From an uncultured Methylomirabilota bacterium (GTDB lineage Bacteria > Methylomirabilota > Methylomirabilia > Methylomirabilales > 2-02-FULL-66-22), in contig OY970067.1 of the NCBI GenBank assembly GCA_963705305.1, positions 4,192,001 through 4,256,000 on the forward strand: a stretch of 64,000 nucleotides of DNA. The letters run 5' to 3'. Below the pieces are notes generated by a model that saw nothing but the letters and a program-made list of their open reading frames with translations, had not been told where the DNA came from and made no database searches. The position numbers and the translations under genes were made by a program. This document shows positions 30,560 to 42,194 of this stretch, piece by piece (the stretch's first letter is position 1; every line of letters begins with the position of its first letter).

Positions 30560-31448
30560 ATACGCGCATGCGGGGGTCCAGCGCATCCCGCAAGGCGTCC
30601 CCCACCAGGTTGAACCCCAGCACCGACAACATGATGGCCGCCCCCGGGAAGAAAAAGGCCCACCACGCGCCGCTGGTGAAAAACTTGTAGCTGTCGGCCA
30701 GCATCGCCCCCCACTCCGGTGTGGGCGGCTGCGCCCCCAGCCCCAGGAATCCCAGGGCTGCGGCCTCCAGGACGGCAAAGGCGATGGCCAGCGTGGTCTG
30801 CACGGCCAGCGGCGGCAGGGTGTTCGGAAAGATGTGCCAGAGGACGATCCAGGAGGCGCTGCCCCCCAGCCCGCGCGCGGCCGTGACGTACTCGCGCTCC
30901 TTCAGCGCCAGGACCTCCCCCCGGGTGATGCGCGCGTAGAACGGGATCGACACCACGCTGATGGCGATCAACGAGTTGCGCAGGCCGGGGCCGATCATGG
31001 CCACGATGGCAATCGCGAGCAGGGTGGCGGGAAAGGCCAAAAGAATATCCATGCAGAACATCAGGCACAGATCGGTGCGGCGCCCCACATAGCCGGCCAG
31101 CAGCCCCAGGATGGAGCCGACCACGGCGGCCAGGGCCACCGAGGCCACCCCCAGGCTCAGCGAGACCCGGGCCCCATGCAGGATGCGCACCAGGATATCG
31201 CGCCCCAGCGCGTCGGTTCCGAACGGATGCTGCCAGCTTGGCGGCTTGAGGCGCGCCAGCAGGTCGGCATCCACCAGCGGATTGTAGGGAACCAGGATGG
31301 GGCTCAAGACCGCCATCAGCGTGAAGAGAAGAATGATGGCGATGCCCACGCGGGCCACGCGGTTGGCCAGCAGTCGCCGGCAGGCCGCGTCCAGCGGGCT
31401 CCGCCCTCTCACCCCCCCTCCTGCGGCCCGGACCGGAGGCTCAGTCAT
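30558..31448 (-). CDS. Dipeptide ABC permease (DppC-like)
   Basis: HPFGTDALGRD, GLGAQPPTPEWG. Confidence 0.93.
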   Translation of the reverse strand: MTEPPVRAAGGGVRGRSPLDAACRRLLANRVARVGIAIILLFTLMAVLSPILVPYNPLVDADLLARLKPPSWQHPFGTDALGRDILVRILHGARVSLSLGVASVALAAVVGSILGLLAGYVGRRTDLCLMFCMDILLAFPATLLAIAIVAMIGPGLRNSLIAISVVSIPFYARITRGEVLALKEREYVTAARGLGGSASWIVLWHIFPNTLPPLAVQTTLAIAFAVLEAAALGFLGLGAQPPTPEWGAMLADSYKFFTSGAWWAFFFPGAAIMLSVLGFNLVGDALRDALDPRMRV

Positions 31449-32445
31449 ATTTGATGCGCGGGTCGACGGCGGCATATAAGAGATCCGTGACGAGGTTCAC
31501 CATGACGAAGATGGTGGCGATGAAGAGCGTCGCTCCCTGCACGATGGGATAGTCCCGGGCCTGGATCGCCTCGTAGATCCAGAGGCCGATGCCGGGCCAG
31601 GAAAAGATGGTCTCGGTCAGGATGGCCCCGGCCAGGAGCCGGCCGACCTGCAGCCCGGTCACCGTCATGACGGGGAGGAGCGCATTGCGCATGGCGTGGC
31701 GCAGAACAACTGCGCGCTGGGGCAACCCCTTGGCCTCGGCCGTCCGGATGTACTCCTGCGACAGGACCTCCAGGAGGCTGGCCCGCATCATCCGGGCGAT
31801 CACCGCCATGGGAATCGTGGAGAGGGCCGCGGCCGGCAGGACGAGATGCCGCAGGCTGGAGACCAGGGCCGGCAGGTTCCAGGTCAGGAGGCTGTCCAGA
31901 ACATAAAAATTGGTCACCGTGGCGAGTTGGACGTCGGTGCCCAGGCGGAAGCCGGTCGGCAGCCACCCCAGGATGACCCCGAAGCACCACGCCAGCATGA
32001 GCCCCAACCAGAAGATGGGCATGGACACACCCGTCAGCGCCACCAGATGGGACAGCCCGTCCAGCACCGAATTGCGCCGGACGGCGGAGACGATGCCCAT
32101 GGGGACCCCGACCAGGACGGCGAGGCAGATAGCGGCGACCGCCAGCTCGACCGTGGCGGGAAACCGGCGCCAGAGGTCGCGCAGCACTGGGTCCCCCCGC
32201 AGGATGGATGTCCCCAGGTCGCCCCGCAGGATCTTGTGGGCGTAGATCAGGTACTGCGCGTAGAGCGGCCTGTCCAGGCCCAGCTGGGCGCGGACCTCCG
32301 CCACCCGCTCGGGCGTGGCCCGCTCTCCCAGCATGGCCACGGCCGGATCGCCAGGGATGAGGTGGATGAAACCGAAGACGATGACCGAGATCCCGACGAG
32401 GACGGGGACGATCGTGAGGAATCGCTTGATGGCGTACTGGCCCAC
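31441..32445 (-). CDS. Dipeptide ABC permease (DppB-like)
   Basis: LIPGDPA, FPATVEL, ARDYPIVQG. Confidence 0.93.
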   Translation of the reverse strand: MGQYAIKRFLTIVPVLVGISVIVFGFIHLIPGDPAVAMLGERATPERVAEVRAQLGLDRPLYAQYLIYAHKILRGDLGTSILRGDPVLRDLWRRFPATVELAVAAICLAVLVGVPMGIVSAVRRNSVLDGLSHLVALTGVSMPIFWLGLMLAWCFGVILGWLPTGFRLGTDVQLATVTNFYVLDSLLTWNLPALVSSLRHLVLPAAALSTIPMAVIARMMRASLLEVLSQEYIRTAEAKGLPQRAVVLRHAMRNALLPVMTVTGLQVGRLLAGAILTETIFSWPGIGLWIYEAIQARDYPIVQGATLFIATIFVMVNLVTDLLYAAVDPRIKYD

Positions 32446-32476
32446 GGCGCACCCGTTCTCGCCGGCTCTCTTCCGA

Positions 32477-34093
32477 CTACTGAACAGAGACGGTGTTGAA
32501 GTACTCGGTATTGGTGGGGTTCGCCACGTACCCCTTCACCGTCTTCAGGAACGCCAGCGGCGGCTGGTTGTTGGCGATGAAGATCCGCGCGACATCATCG
32601 TGGATCATCTGCTCCGCCTTGCGGTACAGCTCCGCCCGCTGTTTCTGAACGGTCAGCTTCTGCGCATCGAGCAGGACTTCGGTCAGCGCCGGGTTGGCGT
32701 AGAAGCCCTCCCGCGAGGCGCCGGGGCTGCAGAAGAAGTAGCAGACGAAGTTATCAGGGTCGCCGTTGTCCCCCGTCCAGCCCAGCATGTACAGGGGGAG
32801 CTGCCCGTTCTTCCGCTTGTCCAGATAGACGGCCCAGTCCGTGGTCTGGAGCTGCACCGTGATCCCCACCTTGGCGAGATCCGCGGCCATGGCCTCGGCG
32901 ATCTCCTTGGGGTTGGGGTAGTACGGCCGGGACACTGGCATGTACCAGAGCTGGAGCGGCTCTTTCCGGCCGTCCGCCCAGGTGATCTCCTTGAGGCCCT
33001 GGGCGAACCCGGCGTCTTTCAGAAGCTGGCGGGCCTGCTGGGGATTGTACGCGTAATCCTTCAACTCGGAGTTGTACCCCCACAGGGCCGGGGGCTGGAA
33101 CTCCTTGGCCAGAATGCCCGTCCCCCCGTAGAGGGCGTCCACGATCCCCTTTTTGTTGATGGCCTGGTCGATGGCCTGACGCACACGCCCGTCCTGGAAC
33201 TCCTTCACCTTGTAGTTGAAGGCCAAATATCCCGTGTTGTTCGCCGGCCGCAGGATGATCTGGAGCTTCGGATCGGCCTGCACCACCTTAACGTCATCGG
33301 GATTCAGGCCCTCCATGCCGTGGATCTCCCCGGCCTTCAGAGCGGCCAGCCGCTGGGAGCTGTCCTTGATGTTCCGCACGATCACCCGCTGAACCTTGGG
33401 CATGCCGGCCTTGTCCCAGTAATCCTTGTTTGCCTCCAGGACCACCTCCTGCCCCACCTTCCACTCGACGAACTTGAAGGGGCCCGTCCCCACGGGATGC
33501 TTGGAGTACTCAACCCCCCACTTCTCCACCGCCGTGGGACTGACGAGGTCGAAGACGTACATGGCCAGGTTGGCCAGGAAGGGGCCCTGCGGCGTCTTCA
33601 GGGTGATGCGGACCGTGTGCGGATCCACCGCCTCCACTTTGGTAATGAGGCTCTTGTCGTCGAAGCCGCCGAATTGCGCCTCGTAGTACTCGAAGGTCTT
33701 CCCGGCCTTGATCTGGTTCTCGTGCTGGGGGTGCGTGCTGAAACGCCAGCGTTCGAAGTTCCAGACCACCGCCTTGGCATCGAAGGGGGTCCCGTCCTGG
33801 AACTTGACGTTCCTCCGCAGGGTGAAGGTCCAGACCTTGCCATCCGGACTCACCTGCCACTTTTCGGCCAGCCCCGGAATGATATCGGTCGTGGCACCCT
33901 TGTACTTCACCAGCCCCTCGTAGATCTGTCGCGTGATGCGCGAGGAGATCCCGTCGGTGATGATGGCGGGATCGAGATCGACGGGCTCGCCCTGCGCCCC
34001 GAAGATGAAGGTGGATTGGGCCAGGGCTGTTCCCGCCCCCGACACGAGCAGAGCCAGAATCGCGAGACCGACCAGGCGGACCGCAGTACGCAT
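32477..34093 (-). CDS. Dipeptide ABC substrate-binding protein (DppA-like)
   Basis: PVGTGPF, YMPVSRPYYPN, GWTGDNGDPDNF. Confidence 0.93.
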   Translation of the reverse strand: MRTAVRLVGLAILALLVSGAGTALAQSTFIFGAQGEPVDLDPAIITDGISSRITRQIYEGLVKYKGATTDIIPGLAEKWQVSPDGKVWTFTLRRNVKFQDGTPFDAKAVVWNFERWRFSTHPQHENQIKAGKTFEYYEAQFGGFDDKSLITKVEAVDPHTVRITLKTPQGPFLANLAMYVFDLVSPTAVEKWGVEYSKHPVGTGPFKFVEWKVGQEVVLEANKDYWDKAGMPKVQRVIVRNIKDSSQRLAALKAGEIHGMEGLNPDDVKVVQADPKLQIILRPANNTGYLAFNYKVKEFQDGRVRQAIDQAINKKGIVDALYGGTGILAKEFQPPALWGYNSELKDYAYNPQQARQLLKDAGFAQGLKEITWADGRKEPLQLWYMPVSRPYYPNPKEIAEAMAADLAKVGITVQLQTTDWAVYLDKRKNGQLPLYMLGWTGDNGDPDNFVCYFFCSPGASREGFYANPALTEVLLDAQKLTVQKQRAELYRKAEQMIHDDVARIFIANNQPPLAFLKTVKGYVANPTNTEYFNTVSVQ

Positions 34094-34209
34094 GACTCCT
34101 CCTCCTTCCGCGAGACGCGCCGTGTGGTTCGGGCGCGCCGGGGCGACTCCTCACCCGGCGGCCTCCGACGAGCCCCGCGACGCGGCCGGCCGGCCGCGGC
34201 GCGGGATGT

Positions 34210-35405
<1,196 letters not shown>

Positions 35406-35409
<4 letters not shown>

Positions 35410-35912
35410 GTCTGCCTCCTTCCAGAGGGCGTGTGGCTCGCCCGCTGCCGGAGCAGGGTGGCGGCCAGGGGCGGGACGAGGTCGTCCACGGCGCCACCCA
35501 GCAGGGCCACCTCCTTCACGAGACGCGAGCTGAGGTAGGTGTAGGATTGGTTGGGCATGAGGAAGATCGTCTCGATCTCGTCGTTGATCTTCCGGTTCAT
35601 GAGGGCCATGGCGAATTCGAACTCGAAGTCCGAGACGGCGCGGACCCCCCGCACGATGACCTGCGCCCCCTTGCTCCGCACGTAGTCGACCGTCAGGTCG
35701 CTGAAGCTGTCCACCTCGACGCGATCCAGGTCCGCGGTGGCCTCCCGCACGATCGCCAGCCGCTCCTCCAGGGTGAAGAGGGGGGTCTTATGGGGATTGT
35801 TCGCCACCGCCACGACCAGCCGCGAAAAGAGCCGCGTGGCCCGGCGCACCAGGTCGATATGGCCGTTGGTGAACGGGTCGAACGTCCCCGGGTAGACCGC
35901 GGTTATTTGCAT
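35406..35912 (-). CDS. coaD: Phosphopantetheine adenylyltransferase
   Basis: YPGTFDPFTNGH, RGVRAVSDFEFE. Confidence 0.97.
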
Positions 35913-36466
35913 GGCAACTCCTTGCGATAGAGGGTCAAGCTGTTGCTGCCGTAGCGCCGCTGGCGGATGCGCCTGAGCACCCCGGCCTGCTCCGGAAGGA
36001 TCGTTTTGTGAAACGCCTGCACAAAAGCGGCGCCATTCTCCCTCAAGTGTTCTCCGGACGCAAGGGCTTCGATGCATTCGCGGGCGAGCTCCGTGGCGTA
36101 GGGAGGATCGACGAAAATCACGTCGAACGTCTCCCCGGCCGCCGCCAGCCGCGCCAGCGCCGACACGCCGTCGGCCTCCATCACGCGGGCCCGCGCCGCG
36201 CAGTCCAGCGCGGCCAGATTGGCCCGCAGGCTGCGGACGGCCACCCCGTCGCGCTCGACGAAAGTGGCATCAGCGGCCCCCCGGCTGAGCGCCTCCAGTC
36301 CCACGGCGCCCGTACCGGCGTACAGATCCAAGACCCGAGCACCCCGGATCCCCGGACCGACGATGTTGAAGAGGGCCTGGCGCAGGATGGCCGGCGTCGG
36401 TCGGGTCCGGCCGCCTTTGGGGCTCTGCAGGCGGTGTCCCCGCTTTGCTCCCCCTTCGATTCGCAT
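35903..36466 (-). CDS. rsmD: 16S rRNA m2G966 methyltransferase
   Basis: TRPT, LDLYAGTGAVGLEALSRGA, DPPY. Adjacent to coaD. Confidence 0.95.
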   Translation of the reverse strand: MRIEGGAKRGHRLQSPKGGRTRPTPAILRQALFNIVGPGIRGARVLDLYAGTGAVGLEALSRGAADATFVERDGVAVRSLRANLAALDCAARARVMEADGVSALARLAAAGETFDVIFVDPPYATELARECIEALASGEHLRENGAAFVQAFHKTILPEQAGVLRRIRQRRYGSNSLTLYRKELPCK

Positions 36467-36602
36467 GCATCCTCCGGGAATACCCCGCCTGTGTTGTGCC
36501 TTGGAAATCTGTTGCCGTGTCGTCACCGCGGCTCTAGCCCGAGCTCATTCTCGCGAATGTTAGGGGCGTGGTAAACTCGAACGGGGGGAGCAGATGGTTT
36601 TT

Positions 36603-36671
36603 CGTCACCCCGGTGAAAACCGGGGTCCAGAACTGCGCCTCGCCTGGATTCCGGCATTCGCCGAAATGACG
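36603..36671. repeat. REP-like palindromic doublet
   Basis: CGTCACCCCGGTGAAAACCGGGGTCCAG...CTGGATTCCGGCATTCGCCGAAATGACG. Confidence 0.7.
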
Positions 36672-36719
36672 GAAGGGGATCTGGGGTGCCCCTCCTCGGC
36701 TCTCAGCAGCCTGTTAGGC

Positions 36720-38780
36720 CTACCCCACCCGGGCCAGCCCCACACGGGCCGCCCAGCGCGCCTCCACCGCCCGGCGGAGACCCGCCCAAGGCCCGTCCAG
36801 CTCCGGCGCTTCCGAGAGGACCGCCGCGGCCGCGGCGCGCGCCTCCTCCAAGAGCGCGAGGTCGGCCCGCAGATCCCCCAGCCGGAATCCGTCCACGCCG
36901 GCCTGCCGGGTTCCGAAGAACTCCCCGGGACCGCGCTGGGCCAGGTCCGCCTCCGCCAGCGCAAACCCGTCCCGCTCCCGGACCAGCGCCTCGAGGCGCG
37001 CCCGCGCGTCCTCGGTGATCTCCCCCTGCTCCGCCACCAGGAAGCAGCAGCCCGGGCGATCGGCGCGCCCCACCCGCCCCCGCAGCTGGTGAAGCTGGGC
37101 CAGTCCCAGCCGGTCCGGGTGCTCGATGACGATCGTCGTCGCCTCCGGCACATCCATGCCGACCTCGACGACGGTCGTCGCCACCAGCAGCCCCACCCGT
37201 CCCTCGCGGAAGGCGGCGATCGCCGCCAGCTTCTCGGCCGCGGGCAGGCGGCCGTGGACCAGTCCGACCCCGAACCGGCCCAGGGGGCCGCGCCGGTACA
37301 CATCGGCCGTCTGGACGGCCGCCGTGAGCTCCGCCGCCGACTCGTCCACCACCGGGCACACCACGTAGGCCCGCTCGCCGCGGGCCAGGCGCTCCGCCAG
37401 CATCGCCTGGATGCGGGGCCGCTCGGCGTCCCCCACCCAGGCGGTCTCCACCGGGCGGCGACCGGGGGGCATCTCGTCGATCACGCTGATGTCCAGATCG
37501 CCGTACAGGACCAGCGCCAGGCTCCTGGGGATGGGCGTGGCCGTCATGACCAGGACATGCGGGTGTCCCCCCTTCTGCTGCAGGCTGGCCCGCTGCAGGA
37601 CGCCGAACCGATGCTGCTCGTCCACGACCGCGAAGCCCAGCCGGCCGAAGCGCACGTCCTCCTGCAGCAGGGCGTGGGTCCCGATGACCAGGCACGGAGC
37701 CCCCGACGCCAGCGTCTCCAGGATCGCCTGCCGCGCGCGGCCCGCCACACCGCCCGGCAGGTGCGTCACCGCAACGCCCAGGGGCTCTGCCAGCGCGCGG
37801 GCCCGCTCGGCGTGCTGGGCGGCCAGGATCTCGGTGGGGGCCATCAGGGCCGCCTGGTATCCGTTCCCGACGGCCGTCAGCGCCGCCAGCAGCGCCACGA
37901 TGGTCTTCCCCGAGCCCACGTCGCCCTGGAGGAGCCGCCGCATCGGTTGCGGCTGCGACAGATCGGCCCAGATGGCCTCCAGGGCTGTCCGCTGTCCCGC
38001 CGTCAGGATGAAGGGCAAGGCCGCCAGCGCCTGCTCGGCCAGCGGGCCCGGGGCGCACATTGGAAACCCGGCCAGGCTCGCGCCGGCGCGGCGCGCCTGC
38101 AGCAGCCCCAGGCTGAACAGAAAGAACTCCTCGAAGGCCAGCCGGCGGCGGGCGGTCTCCGCCTCCCCCATCTCGGCTGGCAGATGCAGTCCGGTGATGG
38201 CCTCCGCCAGGGAGACCAGCCGGTGCCGGGACCGCAGGCATTCGGGTAGGACATCCGCCAGGCCGCCGGCGCAACCCCGCACGAGGTCGGCCAGGAACCG
38301 GCGCAGGAAGCGCTGCGACAGACCGGCCGTCAAGGGATAGATGGGGACGATGCGGCCCGTGTGGTACTGCGCATCCTCCCCGTCCAGGACCTCGTACTCC
38401 GGATTGACCATCTCGCGGGGCGGATAGGAGGGTAGCTTGCCCGCCAGGACCAGCGAAAGGCCGCGGCGGAAGATGCGCGAGAGGTACGGCTGGCGGTACC
38501 AGCGCGCCAGGAGCGTTCCGCTGCCGTCCTCCAGCATGATCTCGCAGTAGGGGATTCCCCGCCGGGTCCGGCCGGCGCCCACGGCCTTCACCCGTCCGGC
38601 CACGCTCTGGAACTCTCCCGGGCGGAGGCGCCCGATCGGCAGCAGGGCTCGGCGGTCCTCGTAGCGCCGCGGCACCAGGAGGAGCGCCTCGCCGACCGTC
38701 CGGGCGCCCAGCCTGGCCAGGCGCCCGGCCCGGGACGGCCCGATGCCCGTCAGGGCCGCCAGCGGGGTTTCGGGCGTCAT
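36720..38780 (-). CDS. recG: ATP-dependent DNA helicase RecG
   Basis: LQGDVGSGKT, DEQHRFG, MTATPIPR, QLHQLRGRVGR. Confidence 0.97.
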   Translation of the reverse strand: MTPETPLAALTGIGPSRAGRLARLGARTVGEALLLVPRRYEDRRALLPIGRLRPGEFQSVAGRVKAVGAGRTRRGIPYCEIMLEDGSGTLLARWYRQPYLSRIFRRGLSLVLAGKLPSYPPREMVNPEYEVLDGEDAQYHTGRIVPIYPLTAGLSQRFLRRFLADLVRGCAGGLADVLPECLRSRHRLVSLAEAITGLHLPAEMGEAETARRRLAFEEFFLFSLGLLQARRAGASLAGFPMCAPGPLAEQALAALPFILTAGQRTALEAIWADLSQPQPMRRLLQGDVGSGKTIVALLAALTAVGNGYQAALMAPTEILAAQHAERARALAEPLGVAVTHLPGGVAGRARQAILETLASGAPCLVIGTHALLQEDVRFGRLGFAVVDEQHRFGVLQRASLQQKGGHPHVLVMTATPIPRSLALVLYGDLDISVIDEMPPGRRPVETAWVGDAERPRIQAMLAERLARGERAYVVCPVVDESAAELTAAVQTADVYRRGPLGRFGVGLVHGRLPAAEKLAAIAAFREGRVGLLVATTVVEVGMDVPEATTIVIEHPDRLGLAQLHQLRGRVGRADRPGCCFLVAEQGEITEDARARLEALVRERDGFALAEADLAQRGPGEFFGTRQAGVDGFRLGDLRADLALLEEARAAAAAVLSEAPELDGPWAGLRRAVEARWAARVGLARVG

Positions 38781-38890
38781 CGCCGGAGGCGTGGAACGAC
38801 TAGAAAAGGCTTGCCTTTGCGGGGTCAATTCAGTATAGTTCGGCGCCGTTGTCCGACAGACGCCAGACTCGAGAGAAGGGAGAACTGCTT

Positions 38891-39085
38891 ATGCCTGCCA
38901 CGCGATGCGAAGTCTGCGGGAAAGGGCCGCAGGCCGGTGCCCAGGTCAGTCACGCGCACAACGTCTCGCACAAGCGCCGCTTCCCCAACATTCAGCGCGT
39001 CCGCGCCATGGTGAACGGGGCGCCGCGCTACATTCACGTCTGCACCCGCTGCCTCCGCTCCGGCAAGGTCCAGAAGGCGGCCTGA
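38891..39085 (+). CDS. rpmB: 50S ribosomal protein L28 (Zn-binding type)
   Basis: CEVCGK..VSHAHN..FPNIQ..CTRCLRSGKV. Confidence 0.96.
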   Translation: MPATRCEVCGKGPQAGAQVSHAHNVSHKRRFPNIQRVRAMVNGAPRYIHVCTRCLRSGKVQKAA

Positions 39086-39182
39086 GCCGCTCGATTCGCC
39101 AGTCGACGGGCGCCCCGTCCGGTGTGGGTCGGGCGCGGCTCGTTCGGCCAATTGACGAATCGACCCGTCGACCATTTGACTA

Positions 39183-41348
39183 TCACAAGGACTTGACCCG
39201 CTCCACCCCCACCACCCCATCCACCTTTCCGATCGCCTGCATGGCGGCCTGGAGCTGCCGCAAGTCGTTGACCTCCAAAACGAAGGTGTTCACCCCCGTC
39301 CGCTCTTCCGTGACCCGGATCTCGGCATGGGAGATGTTGGTGTTGGTGCTGGAGATGGCGGTGGTGATCTCCGCCAGCAGGCCGGGACGGTCCGTGCCGA
39401 TCTCCACCCGGATCTTGACCTGGTGGGCCTCCTTCCGCTGGCCGTCCCATGAGACCTCGATCTGGCGATCGGGATCGGACATCAGGCTGGCCGCATTGGG
39501 GCAGTCCACGGTGTGGACGGAGACCCCGCGGCCGCGGGTGATGAAGCCGATGATCTCGTCGCCCGGCACCGGGTTGCAGCACTTGGAGAAGCGCACCAGG
39601 ATGTCGTCGATCCCCCGGATGCGCACCCCCTCTTCCGCCGTCTTGGCCCGCGCCGGCTTGCGCTCGACCTTCTTTTCCTGCGCCTCCTCCGCCTCGGTCA
39701 GCGCCTGGAACTCCTCCGGGGACAGCAGGCGTCCGACTGCCTGCCGCGGGGACACCTTGCCGTAGCCGATGGCGGCAAACAGCTCGTCCTCGGCCTGCAT
39801 CCCGTAGCGCTCCAGTGCCAGGGCCACCGCCTCGGGCTTCAAGAGCTGGGAGGGGCTCTTCCCTAGGCGACGGATCTCCTTTTCCAGCATGTCGCGGCCC
39901 AGGCTCACGCTCCGCTGGCGCTCCTCGTTCTTGATCCATTGCCGGATCTTGCCGCGCGCGCGGGGGGTCTTGACGATCTTCAGCCAGTCCCGGCTCGGGA
40001 GGTGCGTCGGCGAGGTCAGGATCTCGACGATATCTCCATTCTGCAGCTCGGTCCGGAGGGGCACCAGCCGGCCGTTGATCTTGGCCCCGACGCAGTGCAG
40101 CCCGACATCGGTGTGGACCGCAAACGCAAAATCGATGGGCGTGGCCCCCTTGGGGAACTGCTTCACATCGCCTCGCGGCGTGAAGATGTAGACCTCGTCG
40201 GGGAACAGATCCACGCGCAGGGTGTCCAGGAACTCGCGGGAGTCCTTCAGCTCGCGCTGCCACTCCAACAGCTGCCGCAACCAGACAAAGTTCTGGTCCG
40301 TCTGGTCGATGCTGCTCTTGCCCTCTTTGTATTTCCAGTGGGCCGCGATCCCCTCCTCCGCGACACGGTGCATCTCGTGGGTGCGGATCTGGATCTCGAC
40401 GGGATCCCCCTTGGGGCCGATGATGGTGGTGTGCAGGGACTGGTAGCCGTTGCTCTTGGGCACGGCGATGAAGTCCTTGAAGCGGTGCGAGATCGGCTTC
40501 CACAGCGTGTGGATGACCCCCAGGGTTCCGTAGCAGTCCTTGAGCGAGTTGGTGATGACCCGAACCGCCGTGAGATCGTAGATCTCCTCCAGCTCTTTCC
40601 CCTGGTCCTGCATCTTCTTGTAGATGCTGTAGAAGTGCTTCGGCCGGCCGGTGATCTGCGCCTTGATCTCCACCTCGGCCAGCTTCTTGGTCAGCAGGAG
40701 GATCAGGTCGTTGATGTCGCCTTCCCGTTCCTGGCGCTTCTTGGAGATGTGCGCGGTGAGGTCGCGATACGCTTCCGGATCCAGGTGCCGCAGGGCCAGG
40801 TCCTCGAGCTCGGCCTTGATCCAGGAGATGCCCAGCCGGTGCGCCAGCGGCGCGTAGATCTCCAGCGTCTCCTTGGCGATGAGGCGGCGGCGCACCTCCG
40901 GGAGGGGGTCCAGGGTCCGCATGTTGTGCAGGCGGTCGGTCAGCTTCACCAGGATCACCCGGATGTCCTTGGACATGGCCAGGATCATCTTGCGGATGTT
41001 TTCCGCCTGCGCCTCCTCGCGGGTGCTGAAGGGAATGCGGGACAGCTTGGTCACCCCGTCCACCAGGGCGGTGATCTCGTCCCCGAAATGTTCTCGCAGC
41101 TCGTCCAGGGTGGCGTGGGTGTCTTCCACCACATCGTGCAGCAGCCCGGCCGCCACGGTGGAGGTGTCCATGCGAAGCTCGGTGAGCAGGCCGGCAACTT
41201 CCAGCGGGTGGGTGAGGTAGGGTTCGCCCGAGATGCGCTCTTGCCCTTTGTGGGCCTTCGCCGCATAGACGTATGCCCGCATCACCGGATCGACGTCTGC
41301 CTGGGGATGGTATTCGTGAATCTTGTCCAGGATGCCTTCTATCCGCAC
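39183..41348 (-). CDS. relA: Bifunctional (p)ppGpp synthetase/hydrolase
   Basis: HD domain (LLHDVVED), synthetase (RPKH, NGYQSLHT, EIQIRT), TGS and ACT domains. Confidence 0.96.
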   Translation of the reverse strand: MRIEGILDKIHEYHPQADVDPVMRAYVYAAKAHKGQERISGEPYLTHPLEVAGLLTELRMDTSTVAAGLLHDVVEDTHATLDELREHFGDEITALVDGVTKLSRIPFSTREEAQAENIRKMILAMSKDIRVILVKLTDRLHNMRTLDPLPEVRRRLIAKETLEIYAPLAHRLGISWIKAELEDLALRHLDPEAYRDLTAHISKKRQEREGDINDLILLLTKKLAEVEIKAQITGRPKHFYSIYKKMQDQGKELEEIYDLTAVRVITNSLKDCYGTLGVIHTLWKPISHRFKDFIAVPKSNGYQSLHTTIIGPKGDPVEIQIRTHEMHRVAEEGIAAHWKYKEGKSSIDQTDQNFVWLRQLLEWQRELKDSREFLDTLRVDLFPDEVYIFTPRGDVKQFPKGATPIDFAFAVHTDVGLHCVGAKINGRLVPLRTELQNGDIVEILTSPTHLPSRDWLKIVKTPRARGKIRQWIKNEERQRSVSLGRDMLEKEIRRLGKSPSQLLKPEAVALALERYGMQAEDELFAAIGYGKVSPRQAVGRLLSPEEFQALTEAEEAQEKKVERKPARAKTAEEGVRIRGIDDILVRFSKCCNPVPGDEIIGFITRGRGVSVHTVDCPNAASLMSDPDRQIEVSWDGQRKEAHQVKIRVEIGTDRPGLLAEITTAISSTNTNISHAEIRVTEERTGVNTFVLEVNDLRQLQAAMQAIGKVDGVVGVERVKSL

Positions 41349-41459
41349 CGTCGTTTCCCCCGGCGCCCGAGCGCCTGCAAAGGTAGTCTACACGGCGCTT
41401 TTCGGGGGTTCAAGGAATATCTCCGGGGCCACCGCCGCGTGCCGGCGGGCCTCTTTCGG

Positions 41460-41692
41460 CGGCTGGCTGGGCGCGATCGCCCGGCGGCTCATGCGCCTCA
41501 TGCAGCGTCCCGCAGGCGGCACCGTCTGGGTGGATCCGCAGGTCGTGGTGGCGATCCAGTATGCCGACCTGCGAAGAACCCCTGTATCCTGACGGCATGG
41601 CTCTTCGGGTCGCGAGGATCGCCCGCATCCGGGACGACAAGGCGCCCGCCGAGGCCGATTCCATCAAATTAACAAATCTATTCAAGAATTAA
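41460..41692 (+). pseudogene. ATP-dependent DNA ligase C-terminal (OB-fold) remnant, frameshifted
   Basis: GGTVWVDPQVVVAIQYADLRRT, frameshift near 41581, then LYPDGMALRVARIARIRDDKAPAEADSI. The 5' boundary is approximate. Confidence 0.75.
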
Positions 41693-41877
41693 GCGATATC
41701 TTAAATTCGATATACTAATTATTGACTATAACTATTTTTCATATCTATTTATTAATACAGTCTGGTCGTCGCATGATTGTGATGTGAACCGAACCTCTCC
41801 CCTGTCCGCACTTTGCCAGCGGGTGGGCATCAGATCTTGAGTCCAAGCAACCTGTCTCACTGATTGGGGGAGCGGGG

Positions 41878-42096
41878 ATGCGAACGCGCAGGTTGAAACC
41901 TCTGAGATCGGCCGACATCCTGGAAGAAATGCGAGCCTGTCCGGTGGTCTATCTGCCTCTCGGAGCGCTGGAATGGCACGAGCCCCACCTGCCGTATGGA
42001 ACGGACCCGCTCTACGCCTACGAATTCGCTCTTCGCCTGGCCGCCACCGACGCCCCGGTCGGTTTCCTGCACAGGAAGCTCCACGCCCGGGCCTGA
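41878..42096 (+). pseudogene. Creatininase-family N-terminal fragment
   Basis: PVVYLPLGALEWHEPHLPYGTD matches the creatininase motif GxxExHGxHLPxGTD. Truncated at 72 aa. Confidence 0.75.
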
Positions 42097-42194
42097 TGGC
42101 ACCGCTCTTTACGCGGGTGGGAACGCTCCCCGGCCGGCTGGTCGCAGGCGCCAGCCGGCCGGGGCGGAAAGCTCTTGCGTGGCCCCGGTCCCGG

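Noticed and set aside
41825..41845. sigma54 promoter before the creatininase fragment
   Set aside because: GG-to-GC spacing and the -12 element do not fit.
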